Origin: Dolichospermum sp. DET69
GTDB taxonomy: Bacteria; Cyanobacteriota; Cyanobacteriia; Cyanobacteriales; Nostocaceae
Assembly (NCBI GenBank): GCA_017355425.1
Contig: CP070233.1
Coordinates: 5,341,272 to 5,389,271 of the forward strand
Direction of reading: 5' to 3'
Length of the DNA stretch: 48,000 bases
The notes under the pieces were generated by a model that was not told the origin of the DNA, did no database searches, and was given only the letters and a program-made list of their open reading frames with translations. The translations under genes were made by a program, and so were the position numbers. Within the stretch, counting starts at the first letter, position 1. Each line of letters opens with the position of its first letter. Positions 1 to 9,607 of this stretch are shown here, piece by piece.

Positions 1-161
1 CCCCCAGGACTATCAATGCGTAGTAGTAAAGCGGGAAATTTACTTTCTTCTACGGTTTTCAGGGCTGCTAGGACGTGCTTACGGGTTGCACCAGCGATCG
101 CACCGCTTACTTCAATCCGCGCAATTTGTTTCCGAAAGTTGGGCTTAAAAGGCCAAATCAT
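1..161 (-). CDS. sppA: Signal peptide peptidase SppA (36K type), first 53 codons only; the gene runs off the left edge
   Basis: Hand translation of the minus strand from the ATG at 161-159 gives MIWPFKPNFRKQIARIEVSGAIAGATRKHVLAALKTVEESKFPALLLRIDSPG. The LLRIDSPG(G) block is the conserved SppA/ClpP-fold motif. It is absent from the ORF track because it is truncated. Confidence 0.6.
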   Translation of the reverse strand, partial: MIWPFKPNFRKQIARIEVSGAIAGATRKHVLAALKTVEESKFPALLLRIDSPG

Positions 162-645
162 GGGCAATTAAATAACTTTTTAATCTTTGTGAATATCTTT
201 AATATAGAACCCCCAGCGTGAAGCTAACGGGCTTTACCTTTAATCCGATTGGGAATTAGGGATTGAAAAGGGGACAGGGAGCAACAATTTTTTTATTTTG
301 AATTGTTTTCTCCGCTCCTGGCTGTGAATAAAAGTTAGTAGCTAGATCATTATTGAAAAGCTTTAGGAAATTTTTAGATTTGATGTGTAGTTTTATTTGG
401 TATGTTTAAGGGGCAAAAGACAAGTATTGAAAAATATTCGCTTTTACTAAATATAGACATCTGAAAATATTGTGTCGTACCACTGCACTACACAAGCATT
501 TGGGAAAATAAGGATCTTAAAAAACAGAATTTTTCAGCACAAAGTCAATAGCTTTTAGAAAAATTAGCTACAATTAACAATTGGTTAAGATTATTTGTTT
601 TTGATTGTGTAACTCATCAACACTGATTTGATGCGTTATTAACTT

Positions 646-942
646 TTAAGAGTCGGTGCGGAGAATTTGATAGCGGTAATAAACGTAGATATCAAATAAC
701 GCCCCGACAAAGCCGCAAGTCAAACCAATTGTCAGGAGACCGTTGAGGGAACTACCACTGCCGAAAGTGGCGAGAAAATGCAGAATTTGGATAGAGACAT
801 CCGAAATCATCCCTTGTAGACCAGGAACATAACTAAAAAGGGATAAAACCACCAACAAACCACCCACGAGGAAGACAGGCACAAGAAAACTAAAAATGGT
901 GGTGAGGATGAGAGAGCGAAAAAAGTTACTAAAAATAGTCAT
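646..942 (-). CDS. Small hydrophobic membrane protein, function unknown
   Basis: 98-aa ORF with 2-3 long hydrophobic segments (LILTTIFSFLVPVFLVGGLLVVLSLF, LLTIGLTCGFVGALF). I recognise no family motif. Confidence 0.45.
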   Translation of the reverse strand: MTIFSNFFRSLILTTIFSFLVPVFLVGGLLVVLSLFSYVPGLQGMISDVSIQILHFLATFGSGSSLNGLLTIGLTCGFVGALFDIYVYYRYQILRTDS

Positions 943-1682
943 AAGACCTCGCAGTAAGTGGGAACCTCAGTGTCTTTAGACCTGAGAGGGAAGCGACACG
1001 TGCGGTTTTAACCGCTGTGGATATTAAAATTGAAACCAGATTTTTGATTGGAATCTGGAAACCAACTCCCATTTCTGGGGTGATGTTAGCAACGACTGCG
1101 TTATAAGAGCTTGTTAGACTTGCAACACTGTTTCTGTTACCTTAAAACTGTTTAATTGCAAATGACAGAGCAGGGAACTAGCTATGCCTGACGGCACGCT
1201 GGCGCGAACGCATTCGGTGGGTGTCGTGACTCAAATAACGGCTACCCTTCGACTACCCTTCGACATCGCTCAGGGTGGTCTGGTCAGCACGGCTTGCTTG
1301 ATTACTCTTGCAAGCCCAGTCCCTTTAGGGCTGGGTTACTGACTGTGAGACCGAGGTAGTGGGTAACTTGAGAGAGCGGAAAAATTTATCTGCTACTTTC
1401 TACAATACTAGCGATCGCTCTCAAACATTCATTTCGTCAAGAATCTTAAGTTTTCATTAAATTGTACGGGTAATAGTTATCCCAAGTGCATTGGATATTT
1501 TTGATATTTAAAATCTGTAACCCCCTTAATAAATAAGGATTTATCTCTCAGTGTGCAGTTTACCAGAAGTAAAAACACTGTAAAAACCTGCTCAATTTTA
1601 TGAGACTAGCCGTAAACTAAGTTAATAATTCGATGAACAAGCAAAACGCTGATAGGACAGCGTAGCTGCTAGTAATAAAGAT

Positions 1683-2945
1683 ATGAAAAATGCTTCTACA
1701 AATCCTCAACGGATTTTATTTTTACACCCCAACTTTCCCGCTCAATTTCGCCACTTGGCTACCGCTTTAGCCCAAAATAGCAATTACCAAGTTGTATTTG
1801 GCACTAATCGTCAGGAAGGAACAATACCTGGTGTATTTAAAGCCATATATCAACCTTCCCGTCAAGCTACTGCACCAACTCATCATTATGTCCGTAATTT
1901 AGAAAATGCGGTTATTACAGGACAAGCTGTATATAGGATGACAGAACAACTTAAAGCACAGGGTTTTGTACCAGACATAGTTTATGGTCATTCTGGTTGG
2001 GGTCCAACATTATTTATGAAAGAAATTTTTCCCAAAGCGAAATTATTGTGTTTCTTTGAATGGTTTTATCACGCTCACGGGTCTGATGCCGATTTTGACC
2101 CCAGCGAGCCTCTAAGTATAGATGATAAATGTCGAATTTCTGTAAAAAATGCCCCAATTTTGATGGACTTATATGGTTGTGATCGCGGACTTGCGCCCAC
2201 TAATTGGCAACGTCAACAATTTCCTTCAGAATATCATAGTAAAATTACTGTATGTCACGATGGTATTGATACTAATTTTTTTAAACCCAACCCCGGAGCT
2301 AAATTAGTTTTACCCCGTATTCATCTTGATCTTTCCCACGTAGAAGAATTAGTAACTTATGTAGGTAGGGGAATGGAACCTTATCGAGGATTTCCCCAGT
2401 TTATGGAAGCAGTCGCCTTAATTCAACAACGACGACCTCACACTCATGTTGTAGTTGTGGGAGAAGATAGAGTAGCCTATGGAAAAAATCTCCCCGATGG
2501 TAAGACTTATAAACAGTTAATGTTAGAAAAGTTAGATTTGGATTTATCTAGATTGCACTTTACGGGTAGACTTCCTTACAATGAATATCTGCAAGTATTA
2601 CAAGCTTCCTCAGCCCATATTTATTTAACCCGTCCATTTGTTTTATCCTGGTCAATGTTAGAAGCCATGTCCACTGGATGTTTATTAGTAGCTTCTAATA
2701 CTCCGCCAGTTTTAGAGGTAATTAAAGATGGAAAAAATGGACTGTTGGTAGATTTCTTTTCTCCCCGGGAAATTGCTCAAAGGGTAGATGAAGCTTTAGA
2801 TAATTCCGAAGATATGATATCTATTCGTACCAAAGCGCGAAAAACAATTATCCAGAATTATGATTTAGATACCCTTTTACCACAGCATTTAGATTGGTTA
2901 CTAGGTAAAAAAACCATCGTTAAGTCTCATGGGTTTGCTAAGTAA
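1683..2945 (+). CDS. Glycosyltransferase, GT4 / group 1 family
   Basis: 420 aa. The C-terminal half has the GT-B group-1 pattern (VGRG..YRGF, then LSWSMLEAMSTGCLLVASNTPPVLEVIKDGKNGLLV, the E-x7-E type sugar-nucleotide pocket). Confidence 0.75.
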   Translation: MKNASTNPQRILFLHPNFPAQFRHLATALAQNSNYQVVFGTNRQEGTIPGVFKAIYQPSRQATAPTHHYVRNLENAVITGQAVYRMTEQLKAQGFVPDIVYGHSGWGPTLFMKEIFPKAKLLCFFEWFYHAHGSDADFDPSEPLSIDDKCRISVKNAPILMDLYGCDRGLAPTNWQRQQFPSEYHSKITVCHDGIDTNFFKPNPGAKLVLPRIHLDLSHVEELVTYVGRGMEPYRGFPQFMEAVALIQQRRPHTHVVVVGEDRVAYGKNLPDGKTYKQLMLEKLDLDLSRLHFTGRLPYNEYLQVLQASSAHIYLTRPFVLSWSMLEAMSTGCLLVASNTPPVLEVIKDGKNGLLVDFFSPREIAQRVDEALDNSEDMISIRTKARKTIIQNYDLDTLLPQHLDWLLGKKTIVKSHGFAK

Positions 2946-3092
2946 TGTGATTGACACAGCGCAGCCACAGAAAATTCAACTAATGCAGGTAAGCCGCAGG
3001 TATCGCTTCTTGGTAGAATTCAAGTATGCACCATAACATGACCCATTTTAGAGATCAATATCCTTAGTGTTAAAAATCATTGTAGGGGCAAA

Positions 3093-3336
3093 GTGTCAAC
3101 TTAAGTAGGGGCGTATTGCAATACGCCCCTACTTGTATACGCCCCTAGTTATATACACCCCTAGTTATCCGTTGACTTCCACACCCGTCAGGGAATTTAT
3201 TCCCTGTCTAATAGCTCAAGTCCACACTTAGTGGACTAAGGAATCTTTCAAGTGTTTAGTCATCAAAAGACAACTTTGGCTATGAGCAAGGAACTTGAGT
3301 TCCTATTGGGATTTAGGTTTTACGTTAAGTTGACAC
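3093..3336. mobile_element. MITE-like element of about 244 bp, bounded by perfect 12-bp terminal inverted repeats
   Basis: gtgtcaacttaa at 3093-3104 and its exact reverse complement ttaagttgacac at 3325-3336. The interior is a chain of small hairpins (gtaggggcgtattgcaatacgcccctac, gtcagggaatttattccctgtc, agtccacacttagtggact). A related gggcgtattgctatacgcccctac hairpin recurs at 42065-42090. Confidence 0.5.
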
Positions 3337-3408
3337 CAATGAGCAATGCTCTTCCCCTACCTAGTTCATATATTTATTGTTGATTCTACTCCCAATTACC
3401 AGTAACCA

Positions 3409-4188
3409 ATGACCAAATCCAGTTTAGGAACATGGAGTCAGCGATTGCTGGCCGCGATTTTTTTAGGTGGACAAGTCTTATTTCACCTAATCCAAGGTAA
3501 AATTCACCGTCGTAATACCCTAGAACAATTGGCAATGGTGGGGCCAGACTCCCTATTTATTGCCTTATTGACAGCTATATTTGTCGGTGCTGTATTTACA
3601 ATTCAGGTAGCACGGGAATTTATCAACTTTGGGGCTGGAAACCTCGTTGGTGGCGTGTTAGCCGTAGCATTAACCAGAGAACTTACCCCCGTATTGACAG
3701 CGGTAATTTTAGCAGGAAGAGTAGGTTCAGCCTTTGCGGCAGAAATCGGCACAATGAAAGTCACAGAACAAATAGATGCTCTGTTAATGTTAAAAACAGA
3801 TCCGATTGATTATTTAGTCATTCCCCGGCTTCTGGCTTGCTTAATCATGCTACCTATTTTAACTTTGCTATCCTTAATAACAGGAATGTCTGGAGGAATG
3901 CTTATAGCCACTCGTATTTACAACCTTTCCGATACAGTATTTTTAGACTCAGCGCGGGACTTTCTCGATATATGGGATATTGGCAGTGCTATGATTAAAG
4001 CTTGTTGCTTTGGTGTATTAATCGCCATTATCGGTTGTAGTTGGGGCTTGACCACTACTGGAGGTGCTAAAGGTGTAGGACAATCAACTACAACGGCTGT
4101 TGTCACTGCCTTACTAGTTATATTTGTTAGCAACTTCTTTCTCTCTTGGGTGATGTTTCAAGGTCCAGGTAGTGGATTAAAACATTAA
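3409..4188 (+). CDS. mlaE: MlaE-family ABC transporter permease (lipid asymmetry / Ttg2B type)
   Basis: 259 aa, polytopic. Typical MlaE blocks: GPDSLFIALLTAIFVGAVFTIQ, ALTRELTPVLTAVILAGRVGSAFAAEIGTMKVTEQIDAL. Confidence 0.8.
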   Translation: MTKSSLGTWSQRLLAAIFLGGQVLFHLIQGKIHRRNTLEQLAMVGPDSLFIALLTAIFVGAVFTIQVAREFINFGAGNLVGGVLAVALTRELTPVLTAVILAGRVGSAFAAEIGTMKVTEQIDALLMLKTDPIDYLVIPRLLACLIMLPILTLLSLITGMSGGMLIATRIYNLSDTVFLDSARDFLDIWDIGSAMIKACCFGVLIAIIGCSWGLTTTGGAKGVGQSTTTAVVTALLVIFVSNFFLSWVMFQGPGSGLKH

Positions 4189-4245
4189 GGGTGATTTAGA
4201 GTTAAGAGAAAGTAATTATGAATTATAGAAATAGGAGAAAAGATT

Positions 4246-4635
4246 TTGACTAGTTCATTGACACCTAAAATCACATCAACAGTGGAACTGAAGCCAAGTT
4301 ACAATATTCCTGTTGTTTTGGTGCTGGTTGCTATTCCCGTACTGTTGATACAACCTTGGATAGGTGGCATATTAACCCTATTAGGTTTGTTTTTGATGTT
4401 GCAAGCTGTAACACTGCGCTTTCAATTTACTGCTACCGATTTTGATCTTTATAGAGGAGAGAAGTTAATTCGGCGTTTTCCTTACCAAGAATGGCAAAAC
4501 TGGCGGATATTCTGGAATCCGGTACCCATTTTGTTCTATTTTAAGGAAGTTAACAGTATTCACTTTTTGCCAATTTTGTTTGACCCCAAAACCTTAAAAT
4601 CTTGTTTAGAAGAACGTTGTCCAAGGATTGATTAG
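4246..4635 (+). CDS. Conserved cyanobacterial membrane protein (DUF3119-like, from memory of the mlaE neighbourhood)
   Basis: 129 aa with two adjacent TM helices. TTG start preceded by aggag about 10 nt upstream. Family assignment is recalled synteny only, not a search. Confidence 0.5.
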   Translation: MTSSLTPKITSTVELKPSYNIPVVLVLVAIPVLLIQPWIGGILTLLGLFLMLQAVTLRFQFTATDFDLYRGEKLIRRFPYQEWQNWRIFWNPVPILFYFKEVNSIHFLPILFDPKTLKSCLEERCPRID

Positions 4636-4822
4636 GTTTTGGAGCTATTCGATTGTATATTTTGTGAAAGATATTTTTTGGATCATGGGAAATTTGGTAC
4701 TCAATCATGTATGAATTATATTATGCCTATGACACGCTGCGCGAATGTGCATAGACGCGAAAGGTAAGAGTTTTGAATATTAAAGTCAAAGAATTTCATG
4801 GCGAAAATTTAGATTATTATTT

Positions 4823-6004
4823 ATGAACCCAGAGGAATCTCAAACTCCAGAATCAATAGATGAGTGGTTGGAACAAATAGAAGTGCAACCCCCTACAGAT
4901 AAAATGTCTGAAACTCCATCTACTGATTTAGAATTAGAAACTGAAGAATTGAATCAGGAAGTAGATTTTAATTCAGCCATTATTGACGCAACGACTCTAG
5001 AATTGGAAAACTCAGTATATACACAAGCAGCGGCAAGATTAACCCATTTGCAGCAAAGGTCATTAGACCTAAACGCGGAAATTGCTCAATTGGAAACTAC
5101 GTATAAAACCCTTCAAAGTCAAGTTAGTGTTACTCAAACTGCACTTTCACAAGTTGTCCAAGAGTCATTATCACAGTTAGAACAACGCAAACAAGCTTTA
5201 CAAATTTCTGTAGAACAACTCGAACGTCGTCAAGAACGGATTCGCAATGAAATGCGGACTACATTTGCGGGAACATCTCAAGATATAGCAATTCGGGTAC
5301 AGGGTTTTAAAGACTATCTCACAGGCAGTTTACAAGATTTGGCATCATCAGCGGAACAAATGCAACTTGTACAACCAGTGAAAGAACGGGAAAAACCAGC
5401 ACCCAGAGAAGCAAAACCTGTTAAAGAACAGTCCGAAATGCCACAACTTGGACAGCAGCAGTTTCAGGATACTACTAAAAAAATCCGTCGCTTGCTTGAC
5501 CAATACCGCAACCAACCAGATTACTATGGACCACCTTGGCAGTTACGCCGCACCTTTGAACCAATTCATGCAGAAAAAATCTCAAATTGGTTGTTTACTT
5601 TAGGTGGACGGGGTGCTTTGCGGACAATGGGTAGCCGCTTACAAAATATTTTAATTGCTTCGTCGGCAATTTCGATATTGCATCAATTATATGGCGACCG
5701 TGTGCGAACTCTAATTTTAGCCAATACACCGGAACGTTTAGGCGAATGGCGGCGGGGTTTACAAGATTGTTTAGGTATCGCTCGTCCTGATTTTGGACCT
5801 GATAGAGGCGTGGTATTATTTGAAGCCCCAACAGCGTTGGCTCAGAAAGCAGAAAGATTAGTTAAAGCCAATCAAATGCCTTTCATTATTATTGATGATT
5901 CTGAAGAACAAATCAGTTTAGCTTTGCTACAATTCCCTCTCTGGTTAGCTTTTGCCCCTGACCCAAAAACTATGAAAGATCGGGATTTTGATGATGATTT
6001 TTAA
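4823..6004 (+). CDS. Coiled-coil protein with a conserved C-terminal domain (DUF3086-like, from memory)
   Basis: 393 aa. Acidic N-terminus, Q/E/L-rich heptad region (LQQRSLDLNAEIAQLETTYKTLQSQ...), globular C-terminal third. Sits between the DUF3119-like gene and plsY, as in other cyanobacteria as far as I recall. Confidence 0.5.
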   Translation: MNPEESQTPESIDEWLEQIEVQPPTDKMSETPSTDLELETEELNQEVDFNSAIIDATTLELENSVYTQAAARLTHLQQRSLDLNAEIAQLETTYKTLQSQVSVTQTALSQVVQESLSQLEQRKQALQISVEQLERRQERIRNEMRTTFAGTSQDIAIRVQGFKDYLTGSLQDLASSAEQMQLVQPVKEREKPAPREAKPVKEQSEMPQLGQQQFQDTTKKIRRLLDQYRNQPDYYGPPWQLRRTFEPIHAEKISNWLFTLGGRGALRTMGSRLQNILIASSAISILHQLYGDRVRTLILANTPERLGEWRRGLQDCLGIARPDFGPDRGVVLFEAPTALAQKAERLVKANQMPFIIIDDSEEQISLALLQFPLWLAFAPDPKTMKDRDFDDDF

Positions 6005-6007
6005 TTA

Positions 6008-6093
6008 GTCAGTGGTCAGTGGTCAGTGGCAAAACAACTGACAACTAACAACTGACAACTAACAACTGACAACTAACAACTGACAACTGACAA
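6008..6093. repeat. STRR-type heptamer tandem repeats (3 x GTCAGTG, then about 7 x CAACTGA/CAACTAA)
   Basis: Read directly: gtcagtggtcagtggtcagtgg ... caactgacaactaacaactgacaactaacaactgacaactgacaa. The array ends 4 nt before the plsY ATG. Confidence 0.9.
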
Positions 6094-6097
6094 ACTT

Positions 6098-6790
6098 ATG
6101 TTTATTTGGTTAACTTTGTGTGTAGTAGTGATTTTATTAGCTTACCTCTTTGGTTCTTTTCCGACTGGATATATTGCCGGGAAGCTATTAAAAGGAATTG
6201 ATATTCGAGAAGTTGGTTCTGGTTCAACAGGGGCAACTAATGTTCTGAGAACTTTAGGCAAAGGTCCTGGAGCATTTGTGTTATTAATTGATGCTTTCAA
6301 GGGAGTATTAGCAATAAATCTAGCTTATGCTTTATGTACTATTGAACCCGTTCAAAATTTAATTCCAGCAAATATCAATATTGAAATTTGGCAACCTTAT
6401 TTAGTCACATTAGCTGGATTTGCTGCCCTTTTAGGACATAGTAAATCAATCTTTCTTGGCTTTACAGGTGGTAAATCTGTGGCTACTGGTGTGGGAATTT
6501 TATTAGCTATAAGTTGGCAAGTAGGATTATCAACATTAGGGGTTTTTGCTGTCGTATTTGCCATTTCTAGAATTGTGTCTTTGAGTTCTATTGCTGGGGC
6601 TGTAGCGGTTTCTATTTTAATGGTAATTTTCCAGCAACCTTTAGCCTATATTCTTCTTGGTATTGCTGGTGGTTTATATGTCATTATCCGTCACCGCACT
6701 AATATTGAGCGATTAATTGCGGGTACAGAACCGAAAATTGGGCAGAAAGTAGAAACAGAAGAGAATTCAAACTTAACAATTCAAAATTAG
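6098..6790 (+). CDS. plsY: Glycerol-3-phosphate acyltransferase PlsY
   Basis: 230 aa polytopic protein with the PlsY signature FGSFPTGY ... GSGSTGATNVLRTLG ... LLGHSKSIFLGFTGGKSVATGVG. Confidence 0.9.
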   Translation: MFIWLTLCVVVILLAYLFGSFPTGYIAGKLLKGIDIREVGSGSTGATNVLRTLGKGPGAFVLLIDAFKGVLAINLAYALCTIEPVQNLIPANINIEIWQPYLVTLAGFAALLGHSKSIFLGFTGGKSVATGVGILLAISWQVGLSTLGVFAVVFAISRIVSLSSIAGAVAVSILMVIFQQPLAYILLGIAGGLYVIIRHRTNIERLIAGTEPKIGQKVETEENSNLTIQN

Positions 6791-6968
6791 CAGCTACAAC
6801 TTTACACTAAGAGAACTCCACAAAAAAATGAACTGCTTGCAGCAGCGCTAGTTCCCTCCGGGACGCTCTCGCGTTCGCTATCCAATGGTATCTTGCCCGT
6901 CCTTGTATTATTAGGGGACCAGATGCCCGCACTACAAGAAATTTTAGGATATTTTTTAAATTGGAAGT

Positions 6969-7428
6969 CTCTAAGAGGATGTTTTAAAAGTTTTCAAGGT
7001 ATAAATTAACCCCTCTGGTAAACCTCTCCCCTATAAGGAGAGAGGCTTTAAAATCCCCCTTCCCTTGTAGGGAAGGGGGGTCTGACAAGTGTAGGTTTTT
7101 TACATTGAGATTGATAATAGGGGCCAGACTTGGCAGACAAGGAGGGAAAGTGGACAAGGAGGAAGGAGAAAGAAGAATTAAAACCTATGAAGATAGGGAA
7201 CATATCGGGCAGAATTTTCCGGTTCTTTTTCTTCATACTCCCTTGTCTACTTTCCTTCCTTGTCTTCCAAGTCCAGCATAAAACCCAATTGTAAAAAACC
7301 TACACCTGTCAGGGAAGGGGGGTAGGGGGGTTAGGTTTTTGGAGATTATTGGTTTTATTTAATACTTTATGGCTAACGCCACGCTATGCCTTCGGCACAC
7401 TTCGTGAACGCTATCAAACACCCTCTAA
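6969..7428. mobile_element. MITE family A, copy 1 (TIR about CTAAGAGGATGTTTTAAAAG), carrying a nested second MITE
   Basis: Left end ctctaagaggatgttttaaaag at 6969; right end caaacaccctctaa ending at 7428, which is its imperfect inverse. The same element without the nested insert lies inverted at 45189-45428. A shorter relative lies at 37257-37429. Confidence 0.7.
7082..7312. mobile_element. Nested 231-bp hairpin MITE with about 24-bp TIRs and a duplicated target
   Basis: Left end ctgacaagtgtaggttttttaca, right end tgtaaaaaacctacacctgtcag (one mismatch). gggaaggggggt is present on both flanks (7070-7081 and 7313-7324). The uninterrupted site gggaaggggggcagggggg is visible in the paralogous copy near 45310 (reverse strand). 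The interior is a long imperfect palindrome. The 62-aa ORF at 7048-7236 lies inside it and is spurious. Confidence 0.75.
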
Positions 7429-7533
7429 CTGAGGAGGTTCATTGAACGCGGATAAACGCAGATAAAAATGTGTTAATCAATGGATTTTAGAATTCTGTGC
7501 AGTATGTTTAATCGCTAATGGGTGCAGGACTAA

Positions 7534-7569
7534 TAAAAAATTGTAGAGACGTTCAGGCTGAACGTCTCT
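7534..7569 (-). terminator. Rho-independent terminator of chlP
   Basis: On the minus strand, 15 nt after the chlP stop: agagacgttcag/ctgaacgtctct 12-bp stem followed by acaatttttta. Confidence 0.6.
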
Positions 7570-7583
7570 TAATTAAGATTCCA

Positions 7584-8804
7584 TTAGGGAGCTAAAGCGT
7601 TACCACGAATCAAACTACCAATGGTTTTGGCAGTAATTTTTAATTGGGTAAAGGGGTTAGCGGGAACTACAGTTTTATAAAGATAACTATCAAAAGTTAG
7701 CTTTTGTACATCCAAATCATCACACATTTCTACAAATGCTTCGCGGGTAGCATCGGAACGATAGAAGACGTTTTGGAGAATGTCTAATACTTTGTAGGTG
7801 AGTCCGTATTTCTTATCCCAACGCTTGATGTATACCTTGAGGTCGCCTTCTGTGGGAATCTGCGCCCCACCGTTAGCGGCTTCTACTATGGCTTCAGCAC
7901 ACATTCTACCAGATTTGGCGGCGAAATAAATACCTTCACCGGAGGACTTGGTAACATAACCAGCCGCATCTCCTACCAAGGCAATCCGTCCAACGACGCG
8001 ACGGGGACGGGGATGTTCAGGAATGGGGTGAGCTTCTACTCTAATGATTGTACCGCCGGCTAGTTTTTCGGCAGCACGGGCGCGAATACCTGCTTGTAAT
8101 TGTTTGATACTGGTTTTATTGACGTGCATTGTACCAGTACCTACTGCGACGTGATCATGTTTGGGGAATACCCAAGCGTAGAAGTCGGTAGAAACATCAT
8201 CGCCAACGTACATTTCGGCGAGTTCGTTGTAATAGGCCATTTTGTCTTCGGGAAGACGAATGCGTTCTTGGAAAGCGATCGCATAATTGTAATCCCCTGC
8301 ATCCATATCCTTAGCAATGCGGGAATTTGCCCCGTCAGCACCAACGATTAAATCCACCTTTAGGGTTTTAGTAACGCCCTGTACCCCTTCTCCTGAGTGG
8401 TCAACGTAATGGATTGTATAGGGGTCTTTATTGTTGCCAGGAATATCAACTTTATGAACGGTAGCGTTAATTAAATTTGTACCTAATTTTACCGCTCTGT
8501 CCCGCAAAAAGCCATCCAGCACTTCTCTACGGCACATTCCTATATATTCATCTTCATTTATCAAATTGATATCAACCTCACGATTAGAGGGAGAAATCAT
8601 TTTCATTTTCCGGACCCGACGGTCAATAATTTCTGGTGGTAAGTCAAACTCCTGCACCATGCACAGGGGAATAGCACCCCCACAAGGTTTGACGTTATCT
8701 AATTTTCGTTCAAACAAATAAGTTTCAATTCCAGCTTTAGCTAGTGTTTCAGCAGTGCATGAACCCGCAGGGCCAGAACCAACAACAGCAACCCGTAGTG
8801 TCAA
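7584..8804 (-). CDS. chlP: Geranylgeranyl diphosphate/chlorophyll reductase ChlP
   Basis: Very close to the remembered Synechocystis ChlP (LRVAVVGSGPAGS...AGIETYLFERKLDNVKPCGGAIPLCMV.EFDLPPEIIDRRVRKMKMISPSN...). The ORF is open to an ATG at 8900, but homology starts at (M)TLRVAVVG. I therefore place the start at the in-frame TTG at 8804-8802, giving 406 aa. Confidence 0.9.
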   Translation of the reverse strand: MTLRVAVVGSGPAGSCTAETLAKAGIETYLFERKLDNVKPCGGAIPLCMVQEFDLPPEIIDRRVRKMKMISPSNREVDINLINEDEYIGMCRREVLDGFLRDRAVKLGTNLINATVHKVDIPGNNKDPYTIHYVDHSGEGVQGVTKTLKVDLIVGADGANSRIAKDMDAGDYNYAIAFQERIRLPEDKMAYYNELAEMYVGDDVSTDFYAWVFPKHDHVAVGTGTMHVNKTSIKQLQAGIRARAAEKLAGGTIIRVEAHPIPEHPRPRRVVGRIALVGDAAGYVTKSSGEGIYFAAKSGRMCAEAIVEAANGGAQIPTEGDLKVYIKRWDKKYGLTYKVLDILQNVFYRSDATREAFVEMCDDLDVQKLTFDSYLYKTVVPANPFTQLKITAKTIGSLIRGNALAP

Positions 8805-9113
8805 AGGTTTTCTCCCAATTATAAATATTTTCCCAAAGTATCCTATCACGGACTTTTGTCCGAAATCCCGCTTACGGTTCAGGTTTTGACAGAAATACAA
8901 TATTCCTTAACATTTCGACATAAAAACTACATATTTTTGGATCTTATGCTAAGATAGTTTTGAGAAAAAGCGCGTAATCGTCATTGTTTCGCAAGTATAC
9001 TGATTTAAGCAAAATTATAATAATCCAAGCATAAATTAGTTTGGTGAATGCGGCTGAGATTTCACAAGATTATTAAAAACCTAAATTTGTAAGGTTTTAG
9101 CACTGCTGAACCC

Positions 9114-9200
9114 CTACTTATCTTCCTGCATACTTCTAACAATTTTTGTGACGATTTTTCTAGGAATAAACCTTACACATTTTGCCATCATTTTATTCAT
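9114..9200 (-). pseudogene. Orphan relic of the 3' end (last 28 codons plus stop) of an SDR gene homologous to the one at 16837-17628
   Basis: Minus strand reads ATGAATAAAATGATGGCAAAATGTGTAAGGTTTATTCCTAGAAAAATCGTCACAAAAATTGTTAGAAGTATGCAGGAAGATAAGTAG = MNKMMAKCVRFIPRKIVTKIVRSMQEDK*. The intact gene ends ...FMNKLMSKCVRFIPRKMVTKIVRSMQEDK* (16923-16837). 74 of 87 nt are identical, and the two copies have the same orientation. Confidence 0.8.
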
Positions 9201-9607
9201 AAAATTAAATTCTGTCATTATTATAATGTGAGGCGATGAGTCTAATTAGTAATTTGCTAACTATTCTTCACTTGTGATACACTCAACGAGAGTTAATCTG
9301 TAGCCTTTGCAATGAGAGTTAATCTATCGCGTTTGGCTACAGCGTGTAAATCTACTGAGAAATAACCGATCCCATCCTCCTGTTGAAGTAAAAAGTAAAG
9401 TCTAGTTTTGTCTAGGTTTTATATAGTAGCAAAACACCTTTTGGGAGAAATCTTAACTTACAGCACTTCCCGGTGTTATGAGGTACATATCTAGCTGGCA
9501 AGATGCCCGCATCACAAGAGTTTCATAATTCAACTTTGTACCTCATCTTCAGCGGAAAACGCTGTATATGTTTGTTGATTAATATTAGTTAGTAAAAAAG
9601 TATCGTC

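Noticed and set aside
7048-7236. 62-aa ORF
   Set aside because: It lies entirely inside the nested hairpin MITE. Its low-complexity translation is produced by the element's palindromic arms.
8805-8900. N-terminal extensions offered by the ORF track for chlP (to 8900), sbnB (13261), the EamA gene (15547) and the pstB-like gene (47140)
   Set aside because: In each case homology to the family begins at a downstream start: TTG 8804, ATG 13300, ATG 15622, ATG 47167. The extension is non-conserved-looking or runs through a repeat; the pstB-like extension, for example, is STRR sequence.
9478-9548. Hairpin gaggtac...gtacctc enclosing gatgcccgcatcacaagag, upstream of the 583-aa gene, as a riboswitch or regulatory RNA
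   Set aside because: The gatgcccgcac(t/c)acaaga core recurs at 6915-6945 in an unrelated spacer. It is therefore more likely a dispersed repeat than a gene-specific regulator.
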